Positions 33,105 through 46,426 of a stretch of DNA of 64,000 nt are shown in pieces. The position numbers and the translations under genes were made by a program. Where the stretch lies: assembly GCF_000007005.1 (NCBI RefSeq), contig NC_002754.1. The stretch is one strand, 5' to 3'. Numbering within the stretch: the stretch's first letter is position 1; each line of letters opens with the position of its first letter. Under the pieces are notes generated by a model. The model did no database searches. It saw only the letters and a program-made list of their open reading frames with translations, and was not told the origin of the DNA. The DNA comes from Saccharolobus solfataricus P2 (GTDB taxonomy: Archaea > Thermoproteota > Thermoprotei_A > Sulfolobales > Sulfolobaceae).

Positions 33105-33938
33105 CTAACTTACCTTCTTCGGTATATCTCTCCCCAAGAAGTTTATTATGGATAAAACCAATGGAACAAGGGAATATACCACAATCGACACAATAGCTAA
33201 CCCCACATTATTACTTATGGAAGGCAGAATGTTCAGTCCCCTAGCTATTGTTGAGAATGGTGAGTTCTGTAGTAGCATAAATGGTAACTCAGTGGAACCC
33301 CACGTTGGTAGATACTCTGAAATCATCTCGTAGCTTCTATTGTTGGTTAATAAAGACACGAAGACGAGTACGTCAGATACTATTATTGAGGCTATTAAGA
33401 TGAATCCACTAATTGTAAAGGATAGATTACTCCTCCTCAGTATTTCACCTATTGCAAAGGCGATGTTTAGGAAGACTAATGTTGAGAATACTACTGAAGA
33501 GAAGAGCTCTGGTAATAGTATTAAATCACTTTGTACTCCAAAGAGAAGAGATGAAAGGACTAAGGCAAGCACTACCATGAATAGGTAAATAATTAAAAGT
33601 AAGGAGAATGAACCAAGCCACTTCTCCATAACAAATCTCAACCTAGTTATTGGTTTTGATATGAAATAATCTACTGTTCCTTGTTCATATTCTTCTGCCA
33701 TTGATCCAGAAGCTATCGATATTGCTAAGAAGTGTATTAGGAGGACTTGTGGTAATAGTACCCCAAGAGCCCATAAATAGGGAGATAGGGGAATTATTAA
33801 TGTCTTCAGTGACTTTGAAGGTACTAAATATATTGCTAAGTAAATGCCGAGTTCAAAGATGAACGTTATTATAGATAGTACTATGACCTTTTTCCTAGCT
33901 ATTGCCCTTCTCCACTCGTAAAGCATGATCTCAAACAT
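33105..33938 (-). CDS. ABC-2 type exporter permease
   Basis: About 6 TM; GSMAEEYEQGTVDYFISKPITR motif. Confidence 0.88.
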   Translation of the reverse strand: MFEIMLYEWRRAIARKKVIVLSIITFIFELGIYLAIYLVPSKSLKTLIIPLSPYLWALGVLLPQVLLIHFLAISIASGSMAEEYEQGTVDYFISKPITRLRFVMEKWLGSFSLLLIIYLFMVVLALVLSSLLFGVQSDLILLPELFSSVVFSTLVFLNIAFAIGEILRRSNLSFTISGFILIASIIVSDVLVFVSLLTNNRSYEMISEYLPTWGSTELPFMLLQNSPFSTIARGLNILPSISNNVGLAIVSIVVYSLVPLVLSIINFLGRDIPKKVS

Positions 33939-34824
33939 TTCCTAATGCCCTCATGTAAGCCTCTTCCAGGTTTAGGTCAATATAGAAACCCTTTACCTTA
34001 ACACCACTTGTAACCAAATCCTTTAACAATTCCTCTCTCCTATCCTCATTAAGTTTGGCTATTAATCTATTCCCATCGTTAAATATTCCTTTAACGTATT
34101 CTATCCCCTTTAGCACTCCCTCGGCCTTTTCAATTTCGTCCGTTTCTACTACTACTTGTATACCTAAAAACTCCTTAACCATATCCTCAACAGTACCACT
34201 AAAAACTATCTTCCCCTTATATATCATGAATATTCTATCAGATAGCTTCTTTACATCCTCTAACTCGTGAGATGTCATCAAAATGGATACGTTATCTTTT
34301 CTCTTCAACTTGTTTAGTAGCTCTCTTGTCTTCAGAGAAAAAATAGGGTCAATTCCCATGTTCGGCTCATCCATTATTAGAATAGAGGGATTCCCAAGCA
34401 AGGCTTCAGCAATTGCTATTCTCTGAACCATTCCCTTACTGTACTTAACTATGGGATTATTTGCGTAATTCTCCATTTCAACAAATTCCAAAACCCTATT
34501 CACCTCACTTTTGTCCACTCCCCTTATCTTAGCTGAAAGTTCTAGCACTTGCTTTCCAGTAAGAAATGGTGGGTAATTGGGAATTTCTTGAACGTAGCCG
34601 ACTTCCTTAAAGATTCTCTTACTCTTGAAAGGATTTTCCCCAAGTATTTGCACTTCTCCCCTATCTGGCTTCATGAGAGTGAGTAGGATTCGGATAAGTG
34701 TGGTTTTTCCCGCACCATTGGGGCCTATAAGTGAGACGAATTCCCTTTTCTTAACCTCTAATGAGACATTATCTAAGGCTATTTTATTGCCGTATTTCTT
34801 GACAATATTGCTTACAACGATCAT
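33931..34824 (-). CDS. ABC exporter ATP-binding protein
   Basis: GPNGAGKTT, YSKGMVQR, IMDEP, SH. Confidence 0.93.
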   Translation of the reverse strand: MIVVSNIVKKYGNKIALDNVSLEVKKREFVSLIGPNGAGKTTLIRILLTLMKPDRGEVQILGENPFKSKRIFKEVGYVQEIPNYPPFLTGKQVLELSAKIRGVDKSEVNRVLEFVEMENYANNPIVKYSKGMVQRIAIAEALLGNPSILIMDEPNMGIDPIFSLKTRELLNKLKRKDNVSILMTSHELEDVKKLSDRIFMIYKGKIVFSGTVEDMVKEFLGIQVVVETDEIEKAEGVLKGIEYVKGIFNDGNRLIAKLNEDRREELLKDLVTSGVKVKGFYIDLNLEEAYMRALGNV

Positions 34825-34917
34825 TTTACTATATATAATAATTCATAATCCTGTTTAAAAGCGTGTGTAATAGCGTGTTTGCAAAAAGTTTATTTGTTAA
34901 CCAAAAGACTATAATGT

Positions 34918-35769
34918 ATGAATGCGAAAATACCCATTATTTTAACAGTTATTATTGTAGTCTCTGCGTTCATTGTAGTCTTCGCCAGCACGCATTCGAC
35001 CACTCAAGAAAACTCTACGGCTGACGCATTCCACTACACTACATTAGGTGAAATACATACGTACAACATCTCACCTGTAACCAATTTCATCCTATATTAT
35101 GTTAATAATACTAATACAACACTTGCGTTATCACTGGCATCTCAAATAATTGGTAATGGTACAACAAATTTCATATCATTTAATAACACCTTCGCAACAA
35201 TAGGCTATTTTAAGGCTTCCACTCCCTTGTCGTCATTTGCATTCACAATAATAAACAAAACGCTAGTGAAAAATGGCTTTATTTACGGTCAATATAATAC
35301 CTTACTTTATGATTATAAGAACACTACCGCGTTTGGATTTGATGGATATTACTTTTATATTATTAAGGACAACGCTAGCGTCAACACTACCCTATTTCTC
35401 CTAAAGTATCTTTACACCTCACAGAAGGTATCTGCACCTCAACCATCCAGCAATGTAATAGCCTATGGTAACACATCTTACGGTAGTTTTCAATTACTTT
35501 CATCAAATAGCCAACTAATATTGAAGGGTACTGGTAACTTCAGTAACGTGACTAAACTTTTGAAGTACTTCAATATAACCATAGGTAACTTTACTGTTGC
35601 AGGGAAAGTTGTTTATAATAACGCTACTGTCGTAATCTATTCAATAAGTGCCACTTACGATAACAAGAGCCTATTCGTGATGATAGGGATAAACAAACAA
35701 GAGAATTACGGCGTTGCTGTAATATCTCATCAAGAAATAAGCTTAAGCGAGATATTGAAAGAATTATAA
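34918..35769 (+). CDS. N-terminally anchored extracellular glycoprotein, unknown function
   Basis: N-terminal hydrophobic segment, many NxS/T sequons, Tyr/Asn/Thr-rich; divergent from the ABC exporter. Confidence 0.7.
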   Translation: MNAKIPIILTVIIVVSAFIVVFASTHSTTQENSTADAFHYTTLGEIHTYNISPVTNFILYYVNNTNTTLALSLASQIIGNGTTNFISFNNTFATIGYFKASTPLSSFAFTIINKTLVKNGFIYGQYNTLLYDYKNTTAFGFDGYYFYIIKDNASVNTTLFLLKYLYTSQKVSAPQPSSNVIAYGNTSYGSFQLLSSNSQLILKGTGNFSNVTKLLKYFNITIGNFTVAGKVVYNNATVVIYSISATYDNKSLFVMIGINKQENYGVAVISHQEISLSEILKEL

Positions 35770-36136
35770 TTTTTTCTTTTTTCTTTAAAAAAAGAACTGT
35801 TTACATTAATATTCTATTATTATTTTGTACCGAGATCAATCCTATTTTATTGAATTAAGGATGCGGAAAGAAATTTCACTCATTTTAAATACTTGCATTC
35901 ATTATCACTGCTTTCAATTAATCATTATATGTACAATTTACGTAAAAAACTATCGTGAAAGCTCAATAAAGCTCAATAAATTTGTAACTTATACTAATAT
36001 TATTTAAAACTAACTGTCCATAAATACTATGCCCACTACTCTTTTGCTAACGTAATCTGAAACGAGCTCATAAATGAGTTAAAATTCCTCAAACCTTAGC
36101 TATTTTTTTATACTCTCTAACCAAGGAATATATTAG

Positions 36137-37788
<1,652 letters not shown>

Positions 37789-39090
37789 TTATAAGGATGA
37801 AGAAGAACCTATCTTCCTCACTTGATCCATTGCCCACATCATTGGACAATATCCACCACACATAGTACACGCTTTAACCTTCGGAATACCAAACTGAGTG
37901 TAGACTTGATAAGCTCTTTGGGGATCTATGAGCCTAGAAATCATATTATCCCACTCTAACTTACCCCTATAATAGCTAACCTCATCATCCCATTTCCTAA
38001 CTCTTCTCCCTAACTTAACCACATCACCAGCGTGAGCTGCAATTCTGTAAGCAATTGCCCCTTCCTCAACTTGTTTAACAGTTGGCAATCCCAAATGTTC
38101 GGCTGGAGTCAAATAGCACAATAGATCTGCACCAGCAGCTGATGATATTGCAGCACCTATTGCAGAGGCTATGTGATCGTATGGTGCACCGACATCTATC
38201 GGCAAAGGACCTAAAACATAATATGGTACACCACCAGTTAACTTCTTCATCAATTTCACATCCCATGCTATTTCATTTAATGGTACGTGTCCCGGACCTT
38301 CTACCATTACTTGCACACCCTCCTTTAACGCACTTTTAACCAGTCTGGCCGTTTCCAAAAGTTCACCAACTTGAAATTCATCATGAGCATCCCCCGTTGC
38401 TCCAGGTCTCAATGCATCACCTAATGAAATCACTGCGTCATATTCCTTAAACATCTCCAGTAAGTAGCCCCAGTGCTTCCTATATGGATTTTCAGAATTA
38501 TTGTGTATCATCCAACCAGCTATCATATCCCCTCCCCTTGATACTATTGGAATTATCCTATTGCTCTTCAACGCCCTTATGGCTAATTCCTTAGTTATCC
38601 CAGCGTGAATTGTCATAAAGGCTACTCCATCCTTTAAGTGCTTCTCCACAGTACTCAGTAATTCATCCTCAGTGAAATACGCACCACCAGATTTCTTCTT
38701 AAAGGACTCTATGAAAACTTGATAAACTGGTACTGTACCAACAGGCAATTCAGACGCCCTTATTATCTCCCTCCTTATGTCATCTAAATCACCTCCAGTC
38801 GATAGATCCATTAGTGTGTCTCCCCACCTATTAGCAACCTTTACCTTCTCCAACTCCATTTGTAGATTTACAACTTCATCCGACGTTCCAATGTTTATGT
38901 TAACTTTAGTGGTCAACCCTTTACCAATTGGCACCAACTTTTTGCTAGGATACTTAGCGTTCCTAATTAGGATTATTTTACACTCACTTATCCTATTTCG
39001 CACCTTCTCTACTGGAATTCCCTCAAGCTTACTAATTTCCTTCATCTCGTCTGTTATTTGGCCACTTCTTGCTTCCTCTATTATGGCCAT
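37789..39090 (-). CDS. thiC: Phosphomethylpyrimidine synthase
   Basis: [33 protein letters not shown]. Confidence 0.96.
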   Translation of the reverse strand: MAIIEEARSGQITDEMKEISKLEGIPVEKVRNRISECKIILIRNAKYPSKKLVPIGKGLTTKVNINIGTSDEVVNLQMELEKVKVANRWGDTLMDLSTGGDLDDIRREIIRASELPVGTVPVYQVFIESFKKKSGGAYFTEDELLSTVEKHLKDGVAFMTIHAGITKELAIRALKSNRIIPIVSRGGDMIAGWMIHNNSENPYRKHWGYLLEMFKEYDAVISLGDALRPGATGDAHDEFQVGELLETARLVKSALKEGVQVMVEGPGHVPLNEIAWDVKLMKKLTGGVPYYVLGPLPIDVGAPYDHIASAIGAAISSAAGADLLCYLTPAEHLGLPTVKQVEEGAIAYRIAAHAGDVVKLGRRVRKWDDEVSYYRGKLEWDNMISRLIDPQRAYQVYTQFGIPKVKACTMCGGYCPMMWAMDQVRKIGSSSSL

Positions 39091-39469
39091 AAGAAATATT
39101 CATATAAGTGAGTTATAAACCTTACTATATACTATAAGATGGGAGAATCTCCTAGTAGCTAGAACTATTCAATTTGAATCATCACTACGTAGTATTTTTC
39201 ATCCTTCTCCTCTATTGTGAACAATAATTTTGTTAATTTAGTATTAAGTCATATACAGCATTAGCTTATTTTCAATTCAGCATACGATTTAGATGTTGAA
39301 AGAGGAAGAGAAAATCTAACAATTCTTAATCTTCATCAAAATTTTCGTTACACAGTTACTACTTAACGAGAGTGGTTTGAAGGAAGAATTTAAACTTAAA
39401 ATGAGAGAAACTGTTGTCCTCACTCTATGGTGTAAAAATTTTATTTATATAGAAAACTAATGATTATGT

Positions 39470-40642
39470 ATGAATTGGAAAGTAACAATAAAAAATACTA
39501 TTGAGGAATTAGCGAAGCTCAAAAAAGATGTTAAAATAGAGAACGAGGGAGATCCAGAACATGAACTATCTGATGCAGAAGATAAAGTTATGAAAATAGA
39601 GTTGGAGGAAGAGTTTAAGCCAACGATGTACTCCTTATACGAATTTAAATCACTTAACGATAAAAGAATAGCGTCAATAGACTCCTCATCAAGGTATTTG
39701 AGGGACTTCTCAGTTAACACATGTCTTATCGGTCTTTCAGTATATAGTAATAGAGAAGGTTTCATAGATGGTCCCTTTACTGTAGATATCCCATATATCG
39801 GAATCAGTAGTTATAGGGAAATATTGGAAAGCTTAAAAATTGATGACATTAACGTTAGGTACAAGAATGTAGTGAACTACTATTACGTTAACGAGCCTAA
39901 TAACGAATATAAAATCGACGATATTGCGGATGAGTTGAGATTAGAAGCGGAAAACGTTGGGCTTAAAAGGGTTATTCAGAACCACGATATAGTTATTATT
40001 GACGGTCCAATATACCCAACACCATTGGAGCTAACTGAGGAAATAAACTTAGAGACAGAAGCTAGGAGAAAGCATAGATTAGCTTATGCCAAGCTAGTAA
40101 ATGAGAGAATAGAATTACTAAACAATAACGTAATTGGAGTAGTGAAAAGATTAGAGAATTCAAAGAAGCTTTGGAGAGTTAAGGAAATTAATGAAACAAT
40201 AGGTAACGTTAAAAGGATGAAGGACGTAACGATTATTGAACTAATAGACGAGCGTCTTTGTAGGAAAAACTATGAGTACGTATGCACTATAGGCCCATTT
40301 AAAATTGAATATGCCCTAGAGGTTAAAGATGAAGATGGGAGAAATGTTATAGAAAAAGTTCCAACTAAGTACGCTTATTATGTCATCATTAGAAAAAAGT
40401 ACTTCCCACCAACTTTTCTGAGAATAGAGAGTACTAATAAGAACCTAGACATCTCTCCAGTTTTATCTAGACTAACGGAGAGACTAATGCCCACTTACAT
40501 TGAAATCGTTGATAGGAGAAGTAAGAGAATATCGGCATCACTCTTTTTATACGCATACGAGATTGCCTCCAATTACTTAAACATCATTCACGACGATAAA
40601 ATGGGCTACCTTAGCGTAATCTCACAGTTCACCTCTGAATAG
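39470..40642 (+). CDS. NurA-family nuclease (non-canonical paralog)
   Basis: IASIDSSS and VIIDGPI acidic motifs, GVVKR, C-terminal MPTYIEIVD; convergent with HerA. Confidence 0.75.
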   Translation: MNWKVTIKNTIEELAKLKKDVKIENEGDPEHELSDAEDKVMKIELEEEFKPTMYSLYEFKSLNDKRIASIDSSSRYLRDFSVNTCLIGLSVYSNREGFIDGPFTVDIPYIGISSYREILESLKIDDINVRYKNVVNYYYVNEPNNEYKIDDIADELRLEAENVGLKRVIQNHDIVIIDGPIYPTPLELTEEINLETEARRKHRLAYAKLVNERIELLNNNVIGVVKRLENSKKLWRVKEINETIGNVKRMKDVTIIELIDERLCRKNYEYVCTIGPFKIEYALEVKDEDGRNVIEKVPTKYAYYVIIRKKYFPPTFLRIESTNKNLDISPVLSRLTERLMPTYIEIVDRRSKRISASLFLYAYEIASNYLNIIHDDKMGYLSVISQFTSE

Positions 40643-42419
40643 TCTTTATGGGAACCTCACTGAAATATATGGAATACACTATGGCCAATCCCGGTGTTGC
40701 ATGCCTTAGAAAATCCTCATATTCCTCCAACCCTAATCTCCTCAGTACATGACTCTCATTTCTCATAACGACTTTAGTATTGGTAAGTTGAAGAACCAAG
40801 GGATTTAAGTCCTCGGGGACATGAGTGGCTAAAACTACCCCTATGTTCCTAACCCTACCTAGCCTCATTATCCTATTTATTAACCCCTCTACAATGTCCT
40901 TTGATACATTCTCTTGATCAGTCTGCGGGAAGTACTCGTGGGCTTCATCCATTATTACCAAAGTTAACTTAGTCGTCTCCTTCATCTTATATAGTTCATC
41001 CTTCCAGTTGAAGAAATCCTCTAGAAGCTTATACGCTATAGTGGCAACTGCCTCTATTGACGCTGATCTATTCATAACCCAACTTAAATCCACTACTACA
41101 TCACTATATGACGAAAAAACGTCTTTAGGCTTAAAGTCCACAGTACCGGGCACGGTGAAAATACCGTAACTATCATAAGCCTTTAAGGTTCTTAAAATGG
41201 CCTCTTTAGTCTGGTAGGGAACATCAAGGCGTTTCATAGCCTCTTCGAAAGCCTTCCCCATATTAATGGTCAACATCTTTTTACTCCCATCATAAGAGGA
41301 AAATTGTTTAGATTTAGATCCAGAGACCATCTTCAAATCGTAAAACCCGCTGATCTTTCCAAGTAGGGATCCCGGGGTTAGTCTATCTCGTAGGAAATCG
41401 CTTAGCTGATCTTCGTAAAAGGTCTGTTTCTTATCAGCTAGCTCATAAAGGTCATATCCAATTATTTCAAACATGTTATTCACAATGGCCTCCCAATACA
41501 TTGAAGCCTTTGGAGTGAAATACGGAGTAATCTTATTGAAATTTTTTAGAACAGAATAGAAGTTTATTGAATAGGGTATGAGGAATACCTCTGATCCATT
41601 ACATTCCTCTAAAACTCCATCCTCTTTAACGTCTAGTATATTATCACAATCATACCAATTGGCGAATTTTTCGGCGTGATCCTTTAGCGATATCGATCTT
41701 GAAGCCTCCTCAACTACTGGCATAATTACCGCAAATCCCCTTCTCTTTTCAATTAAGTAGTTAATGAAATCCCCTTGCCTATCGAAAATGAAAGTACCCT
41801 TATCGATTTCCTCACTGCTTATCATACTTTTTAACAAAGTAGTTTTTCCAGACCCAGTTGTGCCTAAAATTAACGTATGATGCCTTAGCGTATATTCGTC
41901 AAGTCTAACGCTAGCATCAGTCTCCTCTCCTCCTGAAAATATTTTGCCTATAGTTATGCCCCTACTTGGAATATTCAAGATCTTTTCTATTAAATCGTGG
42001 TTTGGAATGAAGACTGGACTTTGAGGATCAACTGGAGAAACTGGTGGTCTTATTTTTCCGTTCTCAATCTCAGCAATTGGCTTTAGCTCCACATAAGTTG
42101 TGGTAATAATGGTTGTTGGATCCTTAGGATAGCTCAATTCCCTAATTCCTAACTTAGATAGGGCATCAGCCCTTGTTATGGCACGAACTTGTCCTAAAAT
42201 TGTAACTGGCCTAGTTATACTTCTAATGGCTAAATATTGACCTTTCTTTACATCGGAGTTTAGATAATCCTCAAACGCTATATCAACACCAATCAACTCA
42301 TTATCCTTAAGGCTAACACTCTCAAATCTAGTTATTCTACCAATTAGTTTACCGAATTTTTTCGCATCTGCTTCAGCTTCGTTTAGTTTATCCCCTAACT
42401 TCTTTACTAACTCTTCCAC
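40629..42419 (-). CDS. HerA/FtsK-family ATPase (non-canonical paralog)
   Basis: HAS-barrel-like N-terminus, [39 protein letters not shown]. Confidence 0.88.
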   Translation of the reverse strand: MEELVKKLGDKLNEAEADAKKFGKLIGRITRFESVSLKDNELIGVDIAFEDYLNSDVKKGQYLAIRSITRPVTILGQVRAITRADALSKLGIRELSYPKDPTTIITTTYVELKPIAEIENGKIRPPVSPVDPQSPVFIPNHDLIEKILNIPSRGITIGKIFSGGEETDASVRLDEYTLRHHTLILGTTGSGKTTLLKSMISSEEIDKGTFIFDRQGDFINYLIEKRRGFAVIMPVVEEASRSISLKDHAEKFANWYDCDNILDVKEDGVLEECNGSEVFLIPYSINFYSVLKNFNKITPYFTPKASMYWEAIVNNMFEIIGYDLYELADKKQTFYEDQLSDFLRDRLTPGSLLGKISGFYDLKMVSGSKSKQFSSYDGSKKMLTINMGKAFEEAMKRLDVPYQTKEAILRTLKAYDSYGIFTVPGTVDFKPKDVFSSYSDVVVDLSWVMNRSASIEAVATIAYKLLEDFFNWKDELYKMKETTKLTLVIMDEAHEYFPQTDQENVSKDIVEGLINRIMRLGRVRNIGVVLATHVPEDLNPLVLQLTNTKVVMRNESHVLRRLGLEEYEDFLRHATPGLAIVYSIYFSEVPIKTIQR

Positions 42420-42667
42420 AAATATAAAAAATGTAAGTGAAAAATTAAAGCATTTTCGTCTTCAAACTATAGATATGCTTAGTAGATCTGTTGAATATTT
42501 TTCCATTCAATTAATGATAAGATGTACAATTTATGTTTGCTATCTCTCTTAACTCTTAGTGGAAATTCAACAATTCCACAAGAAGCAGTGTAGATGAGGA
42601 AAAGGATCAAGAACTATAACTTTGTTCATGTCTTTATACATTTGACTCGTTTGTTTTCTTGAAACTA

Positions 42668-42861
42668 AATGTGAATGGCAATTTCATTCATTTCAGACTC
42701 AGTTTAAATTCTTCCGAACTACATTAGTTAAGTGCTTTAATTGTGTGACAAAATCCTTGGCAAATGGTTTAAAATTGTTACATCCTCTCCTCGTCAACAT
42801 CTAAATCTTATGTTAAATTGAAAAATAACGAATACCTTTTATGGCCGTTGTTTTACACACT
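42668..42861. mobile_element. MITE family X, uninterrupted eroded copy (194 bp)
   Basis: Colinear with 20200-20239 + 20897-21071; the empty TTTAA|ATTCT site is at 42703-42712. Confidence 0.65.
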
Positions 42862-42915
42862 CCTTAGAAATACTTTAGCCTTACCCTCTCTCTTTTTTGA
42901 AATATTTTCTTTGTC

Positions 42916-43023
42916 ATGATAATAAAGAAGATAAAGGGAGTAGTGGTGTCATTTCCTTCAGAGAGGATAATGAGGGAGATAGTAGAAGAGTTAAAGGAAG
43001 ATGAAAGCAAGAACAAGAAGTGA
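42916..43023 (+). CDS. Possible 35-aa protein
   Basis: MIIKKIKGVVVSFPSERIMREIVEELKEDESKNKK*; purine-rich, coding-like; convergent with McrB. Confidence 0.3.
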   Translation: MIIKKIKGVVVSFPSERIMREIVEELKEDESKNKK

Positions 43024-43033
43024 ATTAACTTTT

Positions 43034-44713
43034 TTATTGTCCTCCTTTTTCTTTTTTCCATTTTTCTATTAATCTATTAAATTTATTTATATTATCTGGA
43101 TTTAGTGTCCCTATAGTGGATCTTAAAACTTCAACGAACTTATATATATCAGAATTGTTGTCATCAAGACGGGAATATATATCCAGCGCTGTCTTTAAGC
43201 TAGCCGGTGAGATATTAAACTTTATTACCTTATCTTCTTTTTCATTTAGATTAACTCTAAGATATTTTACAAGATCCTTAACTTTATTCTTAAAGTCCTC
43301 ACTAAAAGAAGCGTAAGTTTTAAGAAATTCATCTAAATCTTCGGTTTCTTTCGGATAATCAAAGTAAATTATCACGAACCTTCTTGCCAGCGCATCTCCA
43401 ACATAAAACAGATTTCTAGCATCGACTAAGTTTATTGTAGCAATAATTCGTATTCTTTTTAATGGTTCATTCTCTCTACTCTCCCTCTTTAACTTCTCAT
43501 ATATTTCTAAGAAACTCTTGGTTACATTATCTATATTATCTCCATAACTCTTAATTTCCTCTATTAGAGCATTGGGAATTGACCATTCGCTAGGATATGG
43601 AGTAGAAAATATTGTCATTAATTCTCCAAATGCCTTATCAACGTCAGCCCTATTCAATTCATCAATTACGACGTAATAGTTCCCATCCTTTATTCTTGCA
43701 GCATTTACGTAAGCTTCAATGAAAAGCCCGCTCTTCCACATTACAGATCCCTCTCTTATACTTTCTCCTCCTATCAAATTCCTTCTAAACCAAAGTGAAT
43801 TGGCAGTAGCTACTTCATAACAGTTATCATTATTACCAGTTAAAGCTCTCACAGTCCTTATAGCTAAGCTAGTTTTTCCAGTACCAGGTGGGCCAGCTAG
43901 GAGTACATTAGTAGTTTGTAGAGCTTTCAGTATAATGTTAACTGAATCTTGAGGAATATAGAAACCATTAAGATCTATTTGTGCGTTTTTATTACAAACT
44001 ACTTCCTCTGATAGGTATTCTTTCTGAGTACTGAAACGAAACTTAGAATAAAATTCTAAAGTAGACCTAATTTCCTCTTTCTTCGATAGAATAAATTGTT
44101 GAAAAGCTTTAACTGCATCATTATTGTCTTCTGTATAGCATTGGTTTGATTGATTATTAACCCCTTCTAACTTATAATCTTCTCCCACCCATTTATTACT
44201 GTCATTATAGTTTTTTCTTATGCTTTCGTGAAGCCAAAATATTTTTATTCTAAATCTTACTATCCAGACTTTGTCACCTTCCTTCCATCCTTTAAAATTC
44301 CTCATCGCGTCCTTTGTGATATCCGTTACTACTCCGAATCCAATAATGCCTAGCTCTTTTGTTCTTAGAAGGGCTACCAGTATTTTATCGTTCTTAATTT
44401 CTATTTTATTTTTATTCTCTGTATCATTTTTCTTATCTTTTCTCTTCTTATCTTCTCCAAAATAGATTTCGTCATACCTGTTTAAAATGCTACTAATATT
44501 GCTACGATTTTCAGCCGAAGCACCCCATAAAGTATATCCTAATTCTCCATAAAAAGAATATTTTATAGATTCTACCCAATGAGATTTTTCACCTATAAAG
44601 AAGCAAGGAACAAAATTTCCTTTTTCAATATAATCGAGAAAAGTTTGCGCACTATCTTGAGAGTCTAGTAATTTTTTGAACTTGTCTCTGACTACTAACC
44701 AATCACCATACAC
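43034..44713 (-). CDS. McrB-family AAA+ GTPase with an EVE/PUA-like N-terminal domain
   Basis: GPPGTGKT, VIDELNRAD, McrB NxxD signature (INLVD), LARRF; N-terminal LWG...GIIGFGVV..D...W...RFRI. Confidence 0.85.
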   Translation of the reverse strand: MYGDWLVVRDKFKKLLDSQDSAQTFLDYIEKGNFVPCFFIGEKSHWVESIKYSFYGELGYTLWGASAENRSNISSILNRYDEIYFGEDKKRKDKKNDTENKNKIEIKNDKILVALLRTKELGIIGFGVVTDITKDAMRNFKGWKEGDKVWIVRFRIKIFWLHESIRKNYNDSNKWVGEDYKLEGVNNQSNQCYTEDNNDAVKAFQQFILSKKEEIRSTLEFYSKFRFSTQKEYLSEEVVCNKNAQIDLNGFYIPQDSVNIILKALQTTNVLLAGPPGTGKTSLAIRTVRALTGNNDNCYEVATANSLWFRRNLIGGESIREGSVMWKSGLFIEAYVNAARIKDGNYYVVIDELNRADVDKAFGELMTIFSTPYPSEWSIPNALIEEIKSYGDNIDNVTKSFLEIYEKLKRESRENEPLKRIRIIATINLVDARNLFYVGDALARRFVIIYFDYPKETEDLDEFLKTYASFSEDFKNKVKDLVKYLRVNLNEKEDKVIKFNISPASLKTALDIYSRLDDNNSDIYKFVEVLRSTIGTLNPDNINKFNRLIEKWKKEKGGQ

Positions 44714-44737
44714 AAAAAAGGGTAGGTAGTCTTGTAT

Positions 44738-45943
44738 TTAAATGTGTTCTTTCATTATCTTATCGATCTTCGATAAATTATTTTCATCTGACTCCAAAGG
44801 ATCGATGATAATCATATATAATAAATGACTATTATACCAAAAGTCTAGTATTCCGCTTTTTGCTCTGGCAATCCCATCCAATTCCATTGTAGCCTCATCT
44901 TCGTTATCGAAGTTAATTTGTTTAATTTCCAATCCAGGATAAACTAATACTGCTAATGAAGGATCATATTCATAAGTATAAGCCATAATTTTGAATCTAC
45001 CCATTGTAATATAACTAACTTTAGATGAGTACTTACATTCAAAGATAATCGGCCTTTCGTTAACAAGAGAAATATCCGGTCTTCCCTTATATTTCTCTAT
45101 ATCCTCTATATAATCAACCTTTCTTAGAGAGGATTGGCTAAGTGAGGCATTAAATATTATACTTAACCTCCTATTACCTCTTATAGCTATATATTTCTCT
45201 TCCTCCTTCTTTATTTCATAACCTTTAGATTCAAGGTAATTTACTACTAAGTAGAATACATAAAGCTCATATAATTTCCACATGATGAATTTTATTAATT
45301 TCTTGTTTATAGGCCTCTTGGGTGTCCTTATCCCTACCTTAATTTCCTCTAATTCTTTAGCCGTATAATACGCTTTGTATGCTCGTAATAACCAATCTGG
45401 GTCAGTATAGGACGGATCTCTAAAATAACCATCCGGAAATTCCTCCTTGATTTTATCGAGCTGAGAAAAAGTCTGGTCGAAATCATCCAAAAAATTAAAG
45501 TAACGAGGTACTTGTTCTTTTCTTACTTCAATTTTACTTCGTTTTTCCTTAATAATGGAATAAATTCTTCTCGTAATATAGCCTAAGATTCCATATTCTG
45601 GAGCATTATATCCCTCGGTAAAGCTATGATAGGCTACCAAACCCATAGAGTATACCGGAATACTTAGGTCTACATTCAACTCACCATAAAGGTCATTGGA
45701 GTATTCAATTGAAAATTCTCTATAGGTTAATCTACTCTTTTTTGCATCCTCTGCAGATCTTACTACACTAGCTGTTATTAAGTACATAAGGTAATAATAA
45801 ATATATGATAGTGTATAGTCATCTAGAGGGACTTCCTCAGTTCCATTAAAAGTTGAGAGCAACTTTTCAACATCTAAGATCCCCTTATATTGTAGATAAT
45901 AACTTCCAACCTTTTTTAGAAGCGCCCTATCTCTCCTATTCAC
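44738..45943 (-). CDS. McrC-like PD-(D/E)xK nuclease
   Basis: LYELYV, RPDISL, IFECKY, MAY motifs; directly upstream of McrB. Confidence 0.75.
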   Translation of the reverse strand: MNRRDRALLKKVGSYYLQYKGILDVEKLLSTFNGTEEVPLDDYTLSYIYYYLMYLITASVVRSAEDAKKSRLTYREFSIEYSNDLYGELNVDLSIPVYSMGLVAYHSFTEGYNAPEYGILGYITRRIYSIIKEKRSKIEVRKEQVPRYFNFLDDFDQTFSQLDKIKEEFPDGYFRDPSYTDPDWLLRAYKAYYTAKELEEIKVGIRTPKRPINKKLIKFIMWKLYELYVFYLVVNYLESKGYEIKKEEEKYIAIRGNRRLSIIFNASLSQSSLRKVDYIEDIEKYKGRPDISLVNERPIIFECKYSSKVSYITMGRFKIMAYTYEYDPSLAVLVYPGLEIKQINFDNEDEATMELDGIARAKSGILDFWYNSHLLYMIIIDPLESDENNLSKIDKIMKEHI

Positions 45944-46387
45944 ATAAACTAATATGTTCTGGAATATTTAACCATAGATTCCTAAGTCATCATAAGTATG
46001 AATAACAATTTTATTAATTCAGTACAAATCATATGAAGTGTTAATTCATCTTCAATTTAACGTATGATTCAAATGTTGAAAAGAGAAGAGGAGGCAATTT
46101 TTAATTCTTTTTCAAAAATTTTATTACATAACTAAAGTATCTGATAAATGTGGCATTAGAGAAATTTAAACTTAGTTTCAAATGCATGAAATCGTTATCC
46201 ATTCTTAGGATTAGAAAAGTATTACAAACTTAAATTGAACATTTTTACATAAATTGAAAGGAACATAACAGTAGTGTGGTGGTAAAAAACAACTGATCGA
46301 TAAATCAGTATTCTTAAGAACGGTTTTATGTTTACGATGTTACTGGTTATTATTTCCAAGCAAGTCTTAATAAAGGGAAAAAATTAT

Positions 46388-46426
46388 AACTTCTGGGGCA
46401 GAAGTTGAATTCTGGGGCAGAAGTTG
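46388..46426. promoter_or_regulatory. Tandem palindrome AACTTCTG-GGG-CAGAAGTT (19-bp period) at an ATPase start
   Basis: Perfect IR at 46388-46406 plus a one-mismatch copy that overlaps the TTG start at 46424. Confidence 0.5.

Noticed and set aside
39091-39460. TPP riboswitch or Thi-box upstream of thiC
   Set aside because: No riboswitch consensus seen, and no motif that could be supported.
41465-41480. AACATGTT ARA-box match
   Set aside because: Inside the herA coding sequence with no promoter context; expected by chance.
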